This document shows, one piece after another, positions 37,770 through 50,885 of a DNA stretch of 64,000 bases. A program made the position numbers and the translations under genes. The notes under the pieces were generated by a model, which saw only the letters and a list, made by a program, of their open reading frames with translations, was not told the DNA's origin and did no database searches. Numbering within the stretch: position 1 is the first letter of the stretch; each line of letters starts with the position of its first letter. The stretch covers positions 1,364,001 to 1,428,000 of the forward strand of contig OZ287073.1 of the NCBI GenBank assembly GCA_965645245.1, in the 5' to 3' direction. Origin of the DNA: Massalongia carnosa. Lineage: Eukaryota.

Positions 37770-40700
37770 TTAGGTAGTATCTTACAGTGTACAGAGTACG
37801 CATGACTTGGTAGACACGACCTCCGAGAGATGCTCAGCCTAGAATAAAGATAGTTACAGTGAATCGGAAAACCGAAGGGGCCAAGATCGGGGAAAGGGAA
37901 GGGCTAGAAACCTCCCAATGAGGCTAGAATGAAGTCTAGGTCTAAGTTCAATTTCATCCCCGTCCAAGTCTAACCCCTTGTTTATTGGACCCTTACGGCT
38001 TGATCACTAATTGGGACTGGCCCAACCCCTTTCTTGCCTCTTTCGGCATCAGTAAAGTTTATACTTTGTCTGGATCATTTCACATCCGACCTAAAAGTTA
38101 AAAGATCTGCATGAAACAGGCATGTCTTAACGCTACGCAAGAACATCACTTTGCCGCATCATAGGGGTTAGTAGGATGGCAGCTCAGACCGTGGCTCCGA
38201 TGAGCAATTGGAAAGATCGAAATGCAGTCTCAGCAGTCATCATGCTTCAACACAAACGCAATGAGACCCAGTCAGGAGAATATCCGGAACTTGTTCCCGT
38301 GGCGTTTTTAGGGTGTGAAAGCAAAGCTGAAAGGAATGCGGGAGCTCTGCGTGGGCACTCTTAGTTTTGTAATCAAGCCGCTTCGGGTCACTCGCTAACC
38401 CACAAGACACACAGAGCCATAAGTGCAACTGGGCAACGACTCTCCGACGCCCGACACATGCCGTCGTTGCGACAAGGTGTGAAGGATGACATGGAAAGTC
38501 TCAACGTGTCGCACACCACATGTTTGTCCAATGGTGGTTGAAAGCGCTGCATAAGTGTGACTTCACGTTGTGGCTCTGAGGTCGTCTCGCTCGGGTGGGC
38601 GCAGGATGTCATGTTCATTAATGATTGGGTACGAACCGGATTTCTTGGGGAACTTTCTTTTCCTGCTGTTGTTCCAGCGAGTCTAGCGCAAGGTGATGGC
38701 AACCGGCATCAGCCGTTCTTGGCACTCGATCAAGACCGCTCATGTCTCAAAATGTGGGGCTTGCTGTCAGGTACGGGGGCATCTTCAGAGCATAGACTAT
38801 GTGTGCGTGTGTGCGTGGGGTGGGGCTGGCTCTGTGAAGGTTGGGTCGGGTATGCGCGTCTCGATCTGAGATGATTCTTGTGGCTCGAGAACTTAAGAAA
38901 TGACCTCGTGGATTAATGCATTCGATTTATGGTTGAGAAATCAATCTTCCGGGGGTCGTTCATAAACTGGCACATATTCCAATTGCCAACCTGAGCGCAA
39001 GGCTATGAAGTTGAATCAAACAAACCTAAACCTTATCGTCGGTAGTTGCGGTGCTTTTTTGGAAGACCAATTCCAACCGTCAAGGGCGAATGATGAATAT
39101 CGTGATCATCACGGAAAAGCCCAGTTCCGAGAGCGTTGAACCCAAGCACTTTGCGTCTTGCAGTCATTTGTCAACGTTGGTGATCTTCAATTGGCCTAGC
39201 TCATCCGTTCCCTCATCTGCCACGGAAATATTCGATGTCTCGACCACGCGGCGATGGCGGTCTTTCTATCTAGTACCTCGACGGACCTAACGATGCCTTG
39301 ATCAGCATTTACCCCCCACCATGTAGGCGAGTTGGTCTAACGAGCACATGTGCCGAAGCATCTGCAGTCATCGTATCCGAGAATAGGTCTTGTGCGCTTC
39401 TGCCCCTGGAGCAAATCACAAAGGAATGGCCCCTCACTGCCCATCCTAGGGAATTAACCTTGCTCTCATTCATCCATGGAAAATAGACTTTTTGTCACGG
39501 TGCCTCTTGGTTTCCCGGCACAATGTTCAGTCAAATCATACTTTTGGCGACAGCACAGGGTCCAGGGGCCAGGAAATAAGAACAGAGACATGATAGGGAA
39601 ATGGGTAATCAGGAACGCGGCACAACAACCAAATCTTTCTTTTCGCAGACGGGATTCAACCATCATCTGTTGCTTCCTTAGTCATCCATCCCTGACTATT
39701 CAAATGGGCTAGTGCGCTCTTATCATTTGAGCCAAAGAGGAAGAGCTTAGCGACCAAAATAGAGTCCAATTGGAGATCACCCGTGTTTGATGCCGCTCAT
39801 GTTGGATAGGTAGATTACTCTGTACGGAGTACAGAGTATCTGAATACTCCATACCGAGGAGCGGGTACTGCGTTACCTTTCCAGAACCCCATCTCATGTT
39901 CTGAATCACTGAGTTTCAGGTACTTTCCCTGGGTACGAATACTTCAGGGGCCAGGGACAGTCTGCTCCAGGAAGGCCCAGGGGTACATGCGAGGAACGGG
40001 GATTCCAATCGACGATTATGCGTTGATTATGCCGGCTACAAAGCATCATCACGAATTCATGTCCTTCTCACGTGGCCATTGCGATGATCCAAAGGTAATT
40101 CAAGAAACTAATGTAGCTTTCACAGACCAGCAGCCATCAGCAGAGTTCCGTGGGGACCGGGTGAAGTCATTCAAAGTATACCATCGAGTACCCTGAAAAA
40201 GCCGTTGCAAGGTTGACCGTGGTAGATGGAAGCACGACCCTTTCCGGCACAAACGGTATGGAAATACTGTGTGCTCTGTAGTTACAGCATAACTCTGTGT
40301 ACGAACCCATGTGTAGGTAGGGTACTGTATATCCATTTCCTTTTCCGACGTGCAGAAGAAGCTTGGACGCTGGTCTATCGGGGTAAAGATGTCTGTACAG
40401 AGTACCGAGTAGAGAGTTCTCGGTATTAATGGATCTGGGACTATGGGGTTTCCATACAGTACTCCGTACTCCGTACCCTGTAACTATCCCGTACAGCCTA
40501 AGGTTCTCGTTGTACGAACAATGGACACTCGCCTCTCTCCCAGTTCCCACTTTGCGGTTCTGCGGGTGCCCTACACCGTACACCCCAAGCAGGTAACATC
40601 AAAGTTGCATCACAAATCATGCCTTAGTCGCCAATCTTCGGCGGTTGGTTGACTGTTGCGTAACTGGCCAGCTGGGACCAATTGCGCCTCCGCCCCTGTA

Positions 40701-41743
40701 CAAATCCACTCGCGCGCTTTGCATCACAAGAAAGTAGGCAACCTAGGAGGACCGAGAAAAACGGAGAGAGGCGTTTCTTAGCCGCATTACCTGACGGCTG
40801 TTCTAGCCCCGATCAACCGAGTTTTTGGAAAAAGCTCGGTTTTAAAGTGCCAAAATCCTACAAGGCCCCAAACGCAGGAGTCCAGTACGGGGGAAGCGGT
40901 AGACGAGCAGTACAGATTATGTACAGAGTCGAGAGGACCCAATGGCGGAGGTATTGATGGTGCTCTGTACTCTGTATTTGCTCTGGGACTCGGCCTTTTC
41001 GTACGGACGCACCTCGGTAGCTCAGGACACAAGTACGGTAACTACGTCCTTCAGACAGATACTGTACTCTGTACCTGATACACTGTACCTGGTACTCTGT
41101 ACGAAACTACATCCCACCTCCAGCGTTCATCTCAGTATTCTGTACTTACCTGTAACTTACACAGTACTAGACTCGTGGCTACTAGTTCGGGGTCGCTCAG
41201 AGCCGCGCCCGACGGCCCCCCCGTTGCATTCGCCCTCTTCACTCCAAACCGATACAGTATCAGTACATCGTACCTTGCCTACCCAGAGTAAACTAAACCC
41301 CTCCCCTCTGCCTTCCCTCCTAGTCTTTAATTCTTCCATCTTTCCATTTCGCCGTTTCCCACTTCATACGCAATTACCACGCTCGTTGATTATTTTGAGT
41401 CCGCCGTTGGATTCTTCACACTCTCTCAGAAAGACTGTCACACTTATCTGACGAAGCCATTATACCCCCTCTACCCTTCCCCAACCCTTAGATGCTGTCA
41501 AGCTGTTCCGCAGCTGCACTTTTGAATGTTTGCCAATCTATTTAGAGTTTCTCCGTACTTCAGTATCACCAAAAGCATTTAATTAGTGCCAGCCATCGTT
41601 ACAAGACACGAGCGCTCAAGAGGCTCGAGTGTGTTGTACAGCCTCGAGCTACCCTGAGCGTCACCACAGCAGTTTCGTTATCCAGACCAGTGAAGTCATA
41701 CGGAGTTCTACGCGACGGACAGCCTCCTCCATCGAACCTCGAA

Positions 41744-43981
41744 ATGGCTTATTCTCATCTTTACCCGGAAGACGATATCTCAATACCAATTCCGAATCCT
41801 TCCCAGCATCCGTCTGCCCCAATCCAAATGCTTCGACGGGAAAATTATAACGCATTGAGAGACGGCATGACTGGTCCTGTCGGGGGAGTTGCCAGCCACG
41901 CTCAAGGGCAGATGGTATCACCTATGGAAGAAGGGGAGGAACTAGATACCTCGAGTCGACCGCGCCTAACACAGGAGCAGATTGCTATTTTGGAAGATCA
42001 ATTCAAGGGAAAGCCGAAACCAGCAACTGACTTCAAGAAGCACTTAGCTTCTCAAATTGGGCTCTCGCTACAACGCGTTAACGTGAGCCTTAAATTCTCA
42101 TCCTTTTGGGGCCTACTCTAATAAAATCGGCAGAATTGGTACCAAAACCGTCGCGCAAAGGCTCGGCATCAACGGCCACAGGAACGAAAGTTCGACGTTT
42201 TGCCACAAGATCCTAATGCTCATTGGACTTCTTCTAATTTCGCATTCGCAGACTTCAACCTTGGATCGGATCAATTTCATGATATCTCTTTGCTTTCCCA
42301 TCAGGCTCCTTCGGACGACTTTATGGCTATTCCGAATGATGAACTGGCTGAGCTCTCAAAACCTTACAGCCCAGATCTTGACATGCTGCATGCTCTACTC
42401 GAATCAGGCCCCAATGCTGGAGGGATGAATGGCTTGGACAGTGGGCTGGAAACGGCTGCCAAGGTAAACGCCCGATTGAGTCCTGAGGCCAACAACGATA
42501 TTATTGATTCAAAATCGGCATTCCCACTCTTGCCTGAATGGGATATCTGTAACTGGATACCAGACCCACATGTAGAGATTCCTCTGCAAAATGATGCTTA
42601 TATAACAACGCAAAATCCTCTCAAATCTCATCCACACGCCATGTATCAGAACTCAATTGAAGGGTTTTCCGTGGGAAACCATTCATGCCAGACCTTTGCG
42701 ACCAATTCTTCCTCCGAAGGCGAGCCTGGCCTGATGACCCCTCCACAGAAAACCTCGCCAATGCCAACCATGTCTCACGATTGTCAATCTCGACGTGGGT
42801 CTAACTCGTCGGAATTGGCCAATGACCTCAACACCGTTCGATTACAGCCACCGCAAACCCATCCTGTATATGAAGAAATGTTCTGCTCTCCTTCCACATC
42901 CGATCTAGCGCGCGGCTCTGATAGCTCACCAACCATGCCTCAGCTCCAAGCGAAGGCGCTCGACTCTTCAATGCCGCTCAATTGCGATTCTAGCATGACG
43001 AAAATCTCAGCTGCACCACGCGTAGATTTAGCTTCAAGGAGAAAACGCCCGCGACCACCCATGCTCAGGCCGGATTCTCAGCGAAGCCAATCTTATGCAG
43101 GGCCTCTGACGATGTCTCCGAAGTCCAAAGCACCATCTCAAGGGTTGGGGCCATCACCGTCAGTGCGCCGCATCAAATCAACCGGGCAGAATATGAACGT
43201 CGTGAGTGGTCGGGTCCAAAAACTTGGTGTGGGATCTGCTCAAATGTCGCCTCGAAATTTCCAGACATATCTCGATGCGGCTGGATTGTCCCATCCTCAG
43301 TTTTTGCATCGACAGAGTACGGACACGTCTCAGGCATCTGCACCTACCTTCACGCCACTTACACCACAATCCCCTGTGAAAATGGAGCTCCGACCCGAGG
43401 TGTGGCCAAACTACTCACCCTACGTGGACCCACCAGCTCCGGGTTGGGACAACAGCCATGATCATCCAACACATAATTTATTGGAAGCCGGTGCAGATGT
43501 CGCATCTCCTCCAATCACGCCCTTTAACATTGATGCGTTTCCGAGAATGTTTGTTGAACAACCCTTGCAAGACTCGTTTTATCACTGTCCTCCCCAGTCT
43601 GCTCCTCCACATCAAACAAACTTTTTTGGAGGCTCCTCGCCGCTTCTAGCGGCAAACACTAATCATCCGACTTGGATGGTACCCTCTTCAACTGTGCCGT
43701 TTGAGGGTTATCAGAATGACTCCACAATGTCGATGCGTCGGCCGAGTCAAATCTCACAGGTCGGCTTCCACGAATCACAACTTCAGTTCATGGGCAATTA
43801 TCACCATGGCGTCCCCTCGACGGGGCTAGGTGCACCGAATTATCCAACCCCCCGGAAGGATTTAGAGATCCAAGTCAACCTGATCCCAAAACCACAAGGA
43901 GCTCCACAGGCTCGAAAGAAGAACTACACGTTCAATAACACAACACCCAAGGATTTCTTACAGCAATCGCTTTATGCATGA
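41744..43981 (+). CDS. Homeobox transcription factor, Hbx1/HbxA/Htf1-like
   Basis: Homeodomain RPRLTQEQIAILEDQFKGKPKPATDFKKHLASQIGLSLQRVN|NWYQNRRAKARHQ, split by intron 42083-42133. Downstream LASRRKRPRP, SVRRIKS and PPQSAPP blocks recalled from this fungal family. Confidence 0.82.
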
Positions 43982-46308
43982 GAGTCCCAGTTCCCGTGAG
44001 CGAATCGAGACGTGGCCCAGTTGAAGAGCTTCCTTGTCGACAATAATTACAACCTCCATCCAAATCCCTATGCCTGCGTTCTTTGAAGGCATGCTGCATC
44101 AGAAATTCTTCTGTATTTGTTCCATCATGATGTACGACCACAACCTCGGCTTCCGGGTTATGTTGACCTGTATAAAGTCGGCGACCAGAGCGCTGATTCA
44201 ATGATTTCGTGCTTCCAAACTTAATAATTATATAATACCCCCTTTCCTTGTCTTGGAATTTATGTGGCTCCTATTTCGTTGCCGCCAGCGAGCGTCTCAG
44301 TCCAGTTCTTGTTGTATTTTACCGCGTCTGCAAAATAGACATGCTTTGTCCGCGGTATACTTGGGGAGATTAGTACAAACGATCGTTTGTTTACTTGCTT
44401 TAATGTTGATTAATTTTATCATGTGATAATAACAGGTGCCTTGGAAATGTTGTCGCCATGCTTTCGTTTGATATAAGCGCTGGATGGAAATTTTTGTATC
44501 GAGTACACACTCTTTGAGGGAAAGCTACTTCTTATCTTTGTTTCCTTTTCCCAAGTTGGGTGTATTTTTTGTATTTGTGTAAGGCTGTTAATTCGCTCGC
44601 TATGGTTTGTGAGAAGTAGAGATGTGGGAATAGAAAGACCGAGTAATGCATATAAACAGTACATCTACATTTTTGGCTTTCTACAAGCAAAGCCTGCATG
44701 AATGGCAATGAGAAGGAACTCGCACGTCGCGATGACACTAAACTCGTCGACCTGAGGAAAGGGCTACTGCTTTTCTAGTTTACATTATGGCTAAACCGCT
44801 CATCTGCATTATATATATACATCTACGCTCGCCCATAACTATGTCTAGGTACCTACCGACCTACCGACCTATTTCGACCACCCTCCCTCCCCGGTCCAGA
44901 CTTATCTGGCCCTGCTATGCATGTAGCCAACCAGTCGCTACTCCGTCCGACAAGCTCACGCAAAGGAATGCAACGAAATAAAGTAGAAGAAGAACAATGA
45001 ATCCGTGACCAGGGGGAGACATCACCGGCTAATAGAGAAAAACTTGCTATCGATTATGTATGGATTTGTAAGGGATGGATGGAATGTAATGTGTAGGCGA
45101 GCGGGAAATGATGAAATGGGTAGGTAGGTAAGTAAGTATGCCATGCGATATCATGCTATGCTGTTCAGCTGGAGGAAGGAAAATCTATTAGGTTAGGTAG
45201 GCTATCATCTCTCTCTATCACCCTTAATAAGTGAACAAATAGCAGCAGCTCCCCTAGCCATATCTATCTATCCCCCTCCCTTAATCTATCTATCTATCTA
45301 GTCCGCCCCATGCATCTAATTACATATCCATCCATCCGTCCATTTGGTTCGTTCGTTTCGTTCGCAAGGGGTATCTATCTATCAATCCCTTCTCCATGAA
45401 GAAATTCCGCTTGAAAGAAGATTTCTTCTCTCTGCATTTTTCTTTCTCTCTCTCCTCCCCTTTACACATATGTACCTATATATGTACACACATACATATA
45501 TCTTCCCACCAACAAAAACTCACTAATTAACCATCATACCCCCTAGTTTAAAGTCTTGTACCCTACTCTATCTGTGTAACGTGAAAAAGAAACCCAGCCT
45601 GATGAACTGATGGACGGACGGACAGGCGAACGGAACCTGTATAAATATATAGCCTCCTTAGTAGGTGACCTAGATAGGGCGTCTGAACAAGTACTGGGAA
45701 ATTGTAATGGTAGCAATCATGATGTGGGATTCCTCGTATGTGTAGTCACTTACTTCTGACGAAAAGTAGAGCATTCTCGTCGACCGGACTAGACAGGAAA
45801 CTGTTTGGAGTACCTACCTACCTAGCCGCCAATGTACCTATCCATTGTGCTAGTCTTCCTCCGAAGAGCTGGCTAGCTTGCTGCTCACCTACATTCGCAC
45901 CGCCATGTGGTTGGGATTGGACCGGATGCTCTAGATACTGTCAGTTTCTCCCGCTTGATACATACTGAAAACTTGGGCACACAAGCATGTAGAGTAGGGG
46001 GGAAAAAAAAAGGGGGGGGGGTGGATTTGAAGAGGAGGGGGGTTTTTTTTGAGAAAGGAGGTATGCTTCAACCTTGCCCCCTTATCCTGCGATTTCCTTT
46101 GCCCGAGCTGCATGGTTTTCCAATCAGAGAAGATGCTTCCCAACCTACATCCCACACTTCACATCCCTTACTCGAGCGAGTTTGACAAGGTAAGGGGTAC
46201 AAGGCAGAAACCAAATCAAGTCAAGGGACAAAATGGAAAGGGTTGAAAAGCAGCAGACATCGCGCCCAAACAAGATATGAAGAAAGCCCCGAAATCAAAC
46301 CTTCCATC

Positions 46309-47344
46309 ATGGCCGATGCTACCCCCGTACCCTTTCTTCGCTTACTAGCTGAGATTCATATGCACATTTTTTCCCTGGTTGCGTCAAACAACAAAGCGCT
46401 GAAGGTTGCATCGCGAGAAAATGAACGCCTTTGGCGCGGCCGCCGCAGTATCCCAAGAGGACAAAATGCAGCAATTGCCGCCATCATTCATGAGCTTACT
46501 GGCGGAAACTATAACCGCAAGATGATTCCCAGTCACTTGGTGGTCCTTAAAGCGTACACTCATATTGAACTTCCAAAGACGGTGTGTCTCTATAGTCATC
46601 GCAACTACACAGCTATCGCTGGATTGAACTCCGCAACTCGGCCGATGACGCTAGAGAGCTGTTTCTCTGATCTAAATTTTCAGGATAACTTTCCGGCATT
46701 CTTTGAATTCTGCGACCGTCTTGGGCCAGATGCGCGACGTGCAGTCAAAGCCATCCATCTTGAACATATTGAAGATGTCATAAGACAGGCAAAAGCGAAC
46801 CTTCTCCAATCCTTCAGCTCCTATCTGGAAATCTTCCTCCCAAATCTTCGGTTTCTGCAAGTCGAACTCTATCCCAGAGATACCCAGCGCGCCGACTTGT
46901 CAGATTGGTCCTGGGGCCCGAAGGCGGAAAACTTCTTGAACCACATCCCCCTCCATCCAGGCCACCGTAACTCTCACCTCTTCGGCGAGCGCGATTGCAC
47001 TTTCTTTGAGGAGAAATATATTCCGCTCCAGGGTGGGAACACATGGACGTTCCGGACTGCTATACGATAGATCCCCCGTCAACGGATCTGGCAGCCCACA
47101 TTCCGCCCTTGAATCTTGTAGGAAGGCCCACTTGAGGACCTGCACCCTGAGCTTACTGAAGGAATGCCTGGCCGGGCTCCACAATCATTCTGCACCCCGA
47201 ACCCTTTCTACCTCCGTCCAATGCCATTTCCCAAAGGGCTGTCGACAACGCATCTCGCGACATTTACAAAACGGAGAGAGTTTTCCAAAAGTCGTATCGA
47301 TTAGTGTATTGCGAAAGGGAGATCTACGAAGTATCGGTAACTAA
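46309..47344 (+). CDS. Hypothetical protein with N-terminal F-box-like motif, possibly frameshifted
   Basis: PFLRLLAEIHMHIFSLV resembles the fungal PFLRLPAEIR..I motif. ORF 46243-47070 overlaps 47006-47344. Confidence 0.45.
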
Positions 47345-47519
47345 TTTTACGTATCAATAAAAGTTATTAAGCCTGATCTGGTTAGTCTGGAATGGGGCAA
47401 TTCACCAGCGAAAGGGATATAGAATAACCTAGATGCGTACCATTTAATTAGCGTAATGTATGTATAGCAACCGTGACCGTTGCAATAGCCAAAGTTAACT
47501 GAACAAGGAATTACAGCCA

Positions 47520-47527
47520 TGACGTCA
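47520..47527. promoter_or_regulatory. Perfect CRE palindrome TGACGTCA (ATF/CREB bZIP site)
   Basis: About 185 bp upstream of the ATG at 47711. Confidence 0.5.
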
Positions 47528-47710
47528 ACTGGGTACAGGACCTGCCTTGAATGGCCCAAAAGCACGCGACAACTTCCTTCCATATCAATCTTTCTCTCGT
47601 TCCCCCATTAGTCCTCATATAAAACTCTATTGGCTACCAGAGAACCCACCTAGGCATCGCCTTTCCACAATTCTCCCACCTATCGACCCCTAAGCCCCCT
47701 AAACAAAACT

Positions 47711-48439
47711 ATGGATCTAGCTACAAAACTATTCTCCCTCTCCTTCGGCGTCGAGCCCAACAAAGCCACCCTAAAAGAGTTTGCAGATATTCTCAACAGT
47801 GCCGGTAACGTCCCCTTCCATCCCCTCCAGACCAACCACTCACCTAACCCCAGCTAACCCCACATGATCTAGTCCTCTCCTTATCGGAAAAGCAAAAAGC
47901 CATCTCCGATTACGCCGAAAGCGCCCAAACCCAAACTTACGTCGCCGCCGCCTCCCAAGGTCAGAAGCAGCAGCAACCAGCGCAATTTCAGCGCGTGCAG
48001 AAGCCGCAAGTCGTATGGCAGATTCCGGAGGAAAAGATGAAGGAGCTGCTGTGGAAGCGAGCACAGCTGATCCAGCTTGAACGGGCGAAGGCCGCGCGGG
48101 AGAACAGGAAGGCTGGAGGCGTGAAGGGGGGGGAGAAGAAAGCGGCGAGACCGCCGCCGCCAAAGCTCGGGAAGCCAAAGCGCGCTCAGAACCAGGGTGC
48201 TAGCGACGGGAGCAAGGCGAAAGCGCCACAGGTACGCATGGATATCTCCTTTCTTACGAAGGCTGTTCTAGCATAATATCTTTGTTTCAGCAAGCCTGCT
48301 AACGCAGATCCAATAGACCAACAACGCCTCACAGAAAAAACCTACCTTGCCGTCCGGAACCAGCCCAGCATCTCAGACCAACGTTGCGAAAGTCACACCG
48401 CCGAAGGGGAAACCTGCGGGTGGAAAAGAGGGGAAATGA
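47711..48439 (+). CDS. Hypothetical 191-aa Lys/Pro/Ala-rich protein
   Basis: Three exons 47711-47804, 47873-48231, 48317-48439 with canonical donors, GCTAAC branch points and a preserved frame. Contains KKAARPPPPKLGKPK. Confidence 0.75.
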
Positions 48440-49279
48440 TCGAGGAGCTGGTAATGGTAAATTTTGTGAAAGGGCAAAGAGGAGGAGAGTTCGTGAATGT
48501 CACGATCGCTAATAGAAAGGGAAGCGTCATGAGTATGATGAAGAAGATGGTGACGGGCGATGGAACGAGGCAGCAGGCTTTCATTGGGTTCGGGCATTGG
48601 ATTTGATATGAACTGACCTTTTTGGTATGAGCAAACGAATGAAGCATTTCTTTCTTGTTCACATGTTTTTTTGTTCAGCTGCTTATTTTTGAGAGAGCGA
48701 GAAAGAAAGAACGAACGAGGAGAAGCGGGGGGGGGTGGGTTTTTGTATGATATGTAGATGATTGAAAGAAAGCTCCTTGTATACAGTTCCTTTGCCTTCC
48801 CATTTTCCCTCACCTCATACCATTCTCATATTTCCTTCTTTCTCTCCTTCCTCCTTCCCCCTTTTCTCCCCTGCTTTCATTTCCCCCCTCTCCCCTCCCC
48901 AACCCTACAATTCCCCCATCCAACCACCAATCTCTCCCGTCCATTGAAAACCCTTCCCTCTCACACACACACATGCAAAAGCAAACAACCAAACAACTAA
49001 ATACCAATCGTACACTCAACAAACCAAATAAATCGGGGCGCTGGTAAGGGGGGTTGGTTGGTCAACGATTAGGTAATCTCGGTTGGGAAGGGAGGAGAGA
49101 GAGAAGAGTGGGGACGGGAAAGGAAACCGGGAGGGAAGGATGAAGAGAGGAGGAGAGAGAAACGGGGAAAGGGGAAGAGAGCGGTTGACCGATCATCTAA
49201 TTGATTGCTTTAAAGTACTTGATTGTGTGGTTTAAATGGATCGACCAAACTCCCAACGAAGGCGTCTCAAGCTCCCAAG

Positions 49280-49312
<33 letters not shown>

Positions 49313-50885
49313 ACACGTTGAGGACACAAGAATAGTTTATGTCTTGGAGTTGGGCCAGGTCAAGAGCCTGGTCTGTGTTTGCTTGCTTGATTGTTTGGTT
49401 GGTTGGCTTTTTGGGGGGGGGTTGCTGAAGCGAGGGGAGCTGAGGAAGGGAGAGGATGTGAGGGAATTGGAAGAAAGGGGTTGAGAGTAGGTTGGAGGAA
49501 CGGGTAAAAAAAAGATTTCAGGACCAAAAGCTGCTTGTATATATTGGGGTGGTTTGTTCTTTTGTTTTTTATTTTGTTGTGGGCAAGGATTGTTCGGTTC
49601 GGGAGTGGGAGCGGGTGGGTTGATATGAAGGGACGGATTGATGGCTTTGGGGTGGGGAGGAGGATGGATGGATGAATGAATAGAATGAGGATGCAAGTAT
49701 AGAAGCGAAGCCCAAAAGGAAAAAAGGTTGTCGGGAAAGTAAGGGATAGGTTAGGGGATGAGATGGGATGAAAGCTATCTATTTATCTACCCGTCTATCA
49801 ATACAGAGATACAAACATCCTCCTTTGTAGAGCTATCTATCTTTTCTATCTTACCTAGCCACAAATGATTTTTCCAAAACAAAAATAGACGAGATGGGAC
49901 ACATAGCTTGGTGAGGTAATAGTCTTAGAGGAAACCCAAGCAGAGTATATTGATTGGGTTATTAAGTGAGTGAGTGAGTCAGTGAGATAGATGAGATAGA
50001 TTTAGAAGCCCATTGAATTCTCGAAGCTAGAAGATAAATGATATATAAAGACAAGTTAAAATTCTCGGTGTTCGAAGTCTTGGATTTAGCTAGAGAGCTA
50101 TTACCGAAGCTCTTTCCCCTTTTTCTCCTCAGGAGAGTTTAGTTTTTGTTATGAGCGTTGGGCGATAACTCCGTGGGCGGTTTGGCGTTGATGAGAGATA
50201 AGAGAAAACAGAGAATATCATTCAAGCCAAAGGCCTTTGTTCACCGCCCTTAGCTGAACAGAGACTTTCGAAACTCACATCTTTAGACCTTCATCGAGTT
50301 TCGCGAAGATGTCCTATCTATAGGATTAGAATGCTCTTAAGGACCGAAATCGAGTCCAAGATCTATTTTTCAGACAGGATCCAACTATATAGAGAAATCA
50401 CCGTTTTTCAATCTTCTCTCAATTGACGCAGGTGAGAAAGTATTGCCTTGGCTTGTAGGTCCCAATACAATTTAACGCAGAAGGAAATTAGTAACTTTCT
50501 ATCCCAGCGGTTGAAGCTTCCCAAACGGCAGATGGAAACAGGAGATCGGAAGTTCAATTGCAAGGCCTTCTGTCCTAATTTCTTCATGCTACTCATTTGG
50601 ATCATCAGGTTATTGCTGCTCCTTCCAAAATTTATTTTGCCCGCCCTCCGGATCGTTGTCATATGCACCAGCTTCTTTGGCGCTAAGATGCAATACTAGA
50701 GTAGGTTTGAGCAATACACCACTTTCCTAAGTTTGGATCCCACTATGACACTATTCAAGCTTTCTTCGGGATTACTCTAGGAAGAAGGTCTTGGCTAGAT
50801 GGCCTTCAGTTACATTTTTACCTATAGCGCTGGCCTTAAGAATGTTATCCCATCCCTCAGGCGTTTATCAAACTTTGGTCCTTGG

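Noticed and set aside
44800..50200. Short ORFs and purine/pyrimidine or (CTAT)n tracts around the two small genes
   Set aside because: Low-complexity intergenic DNA with no coding signal or defined repeat ends.
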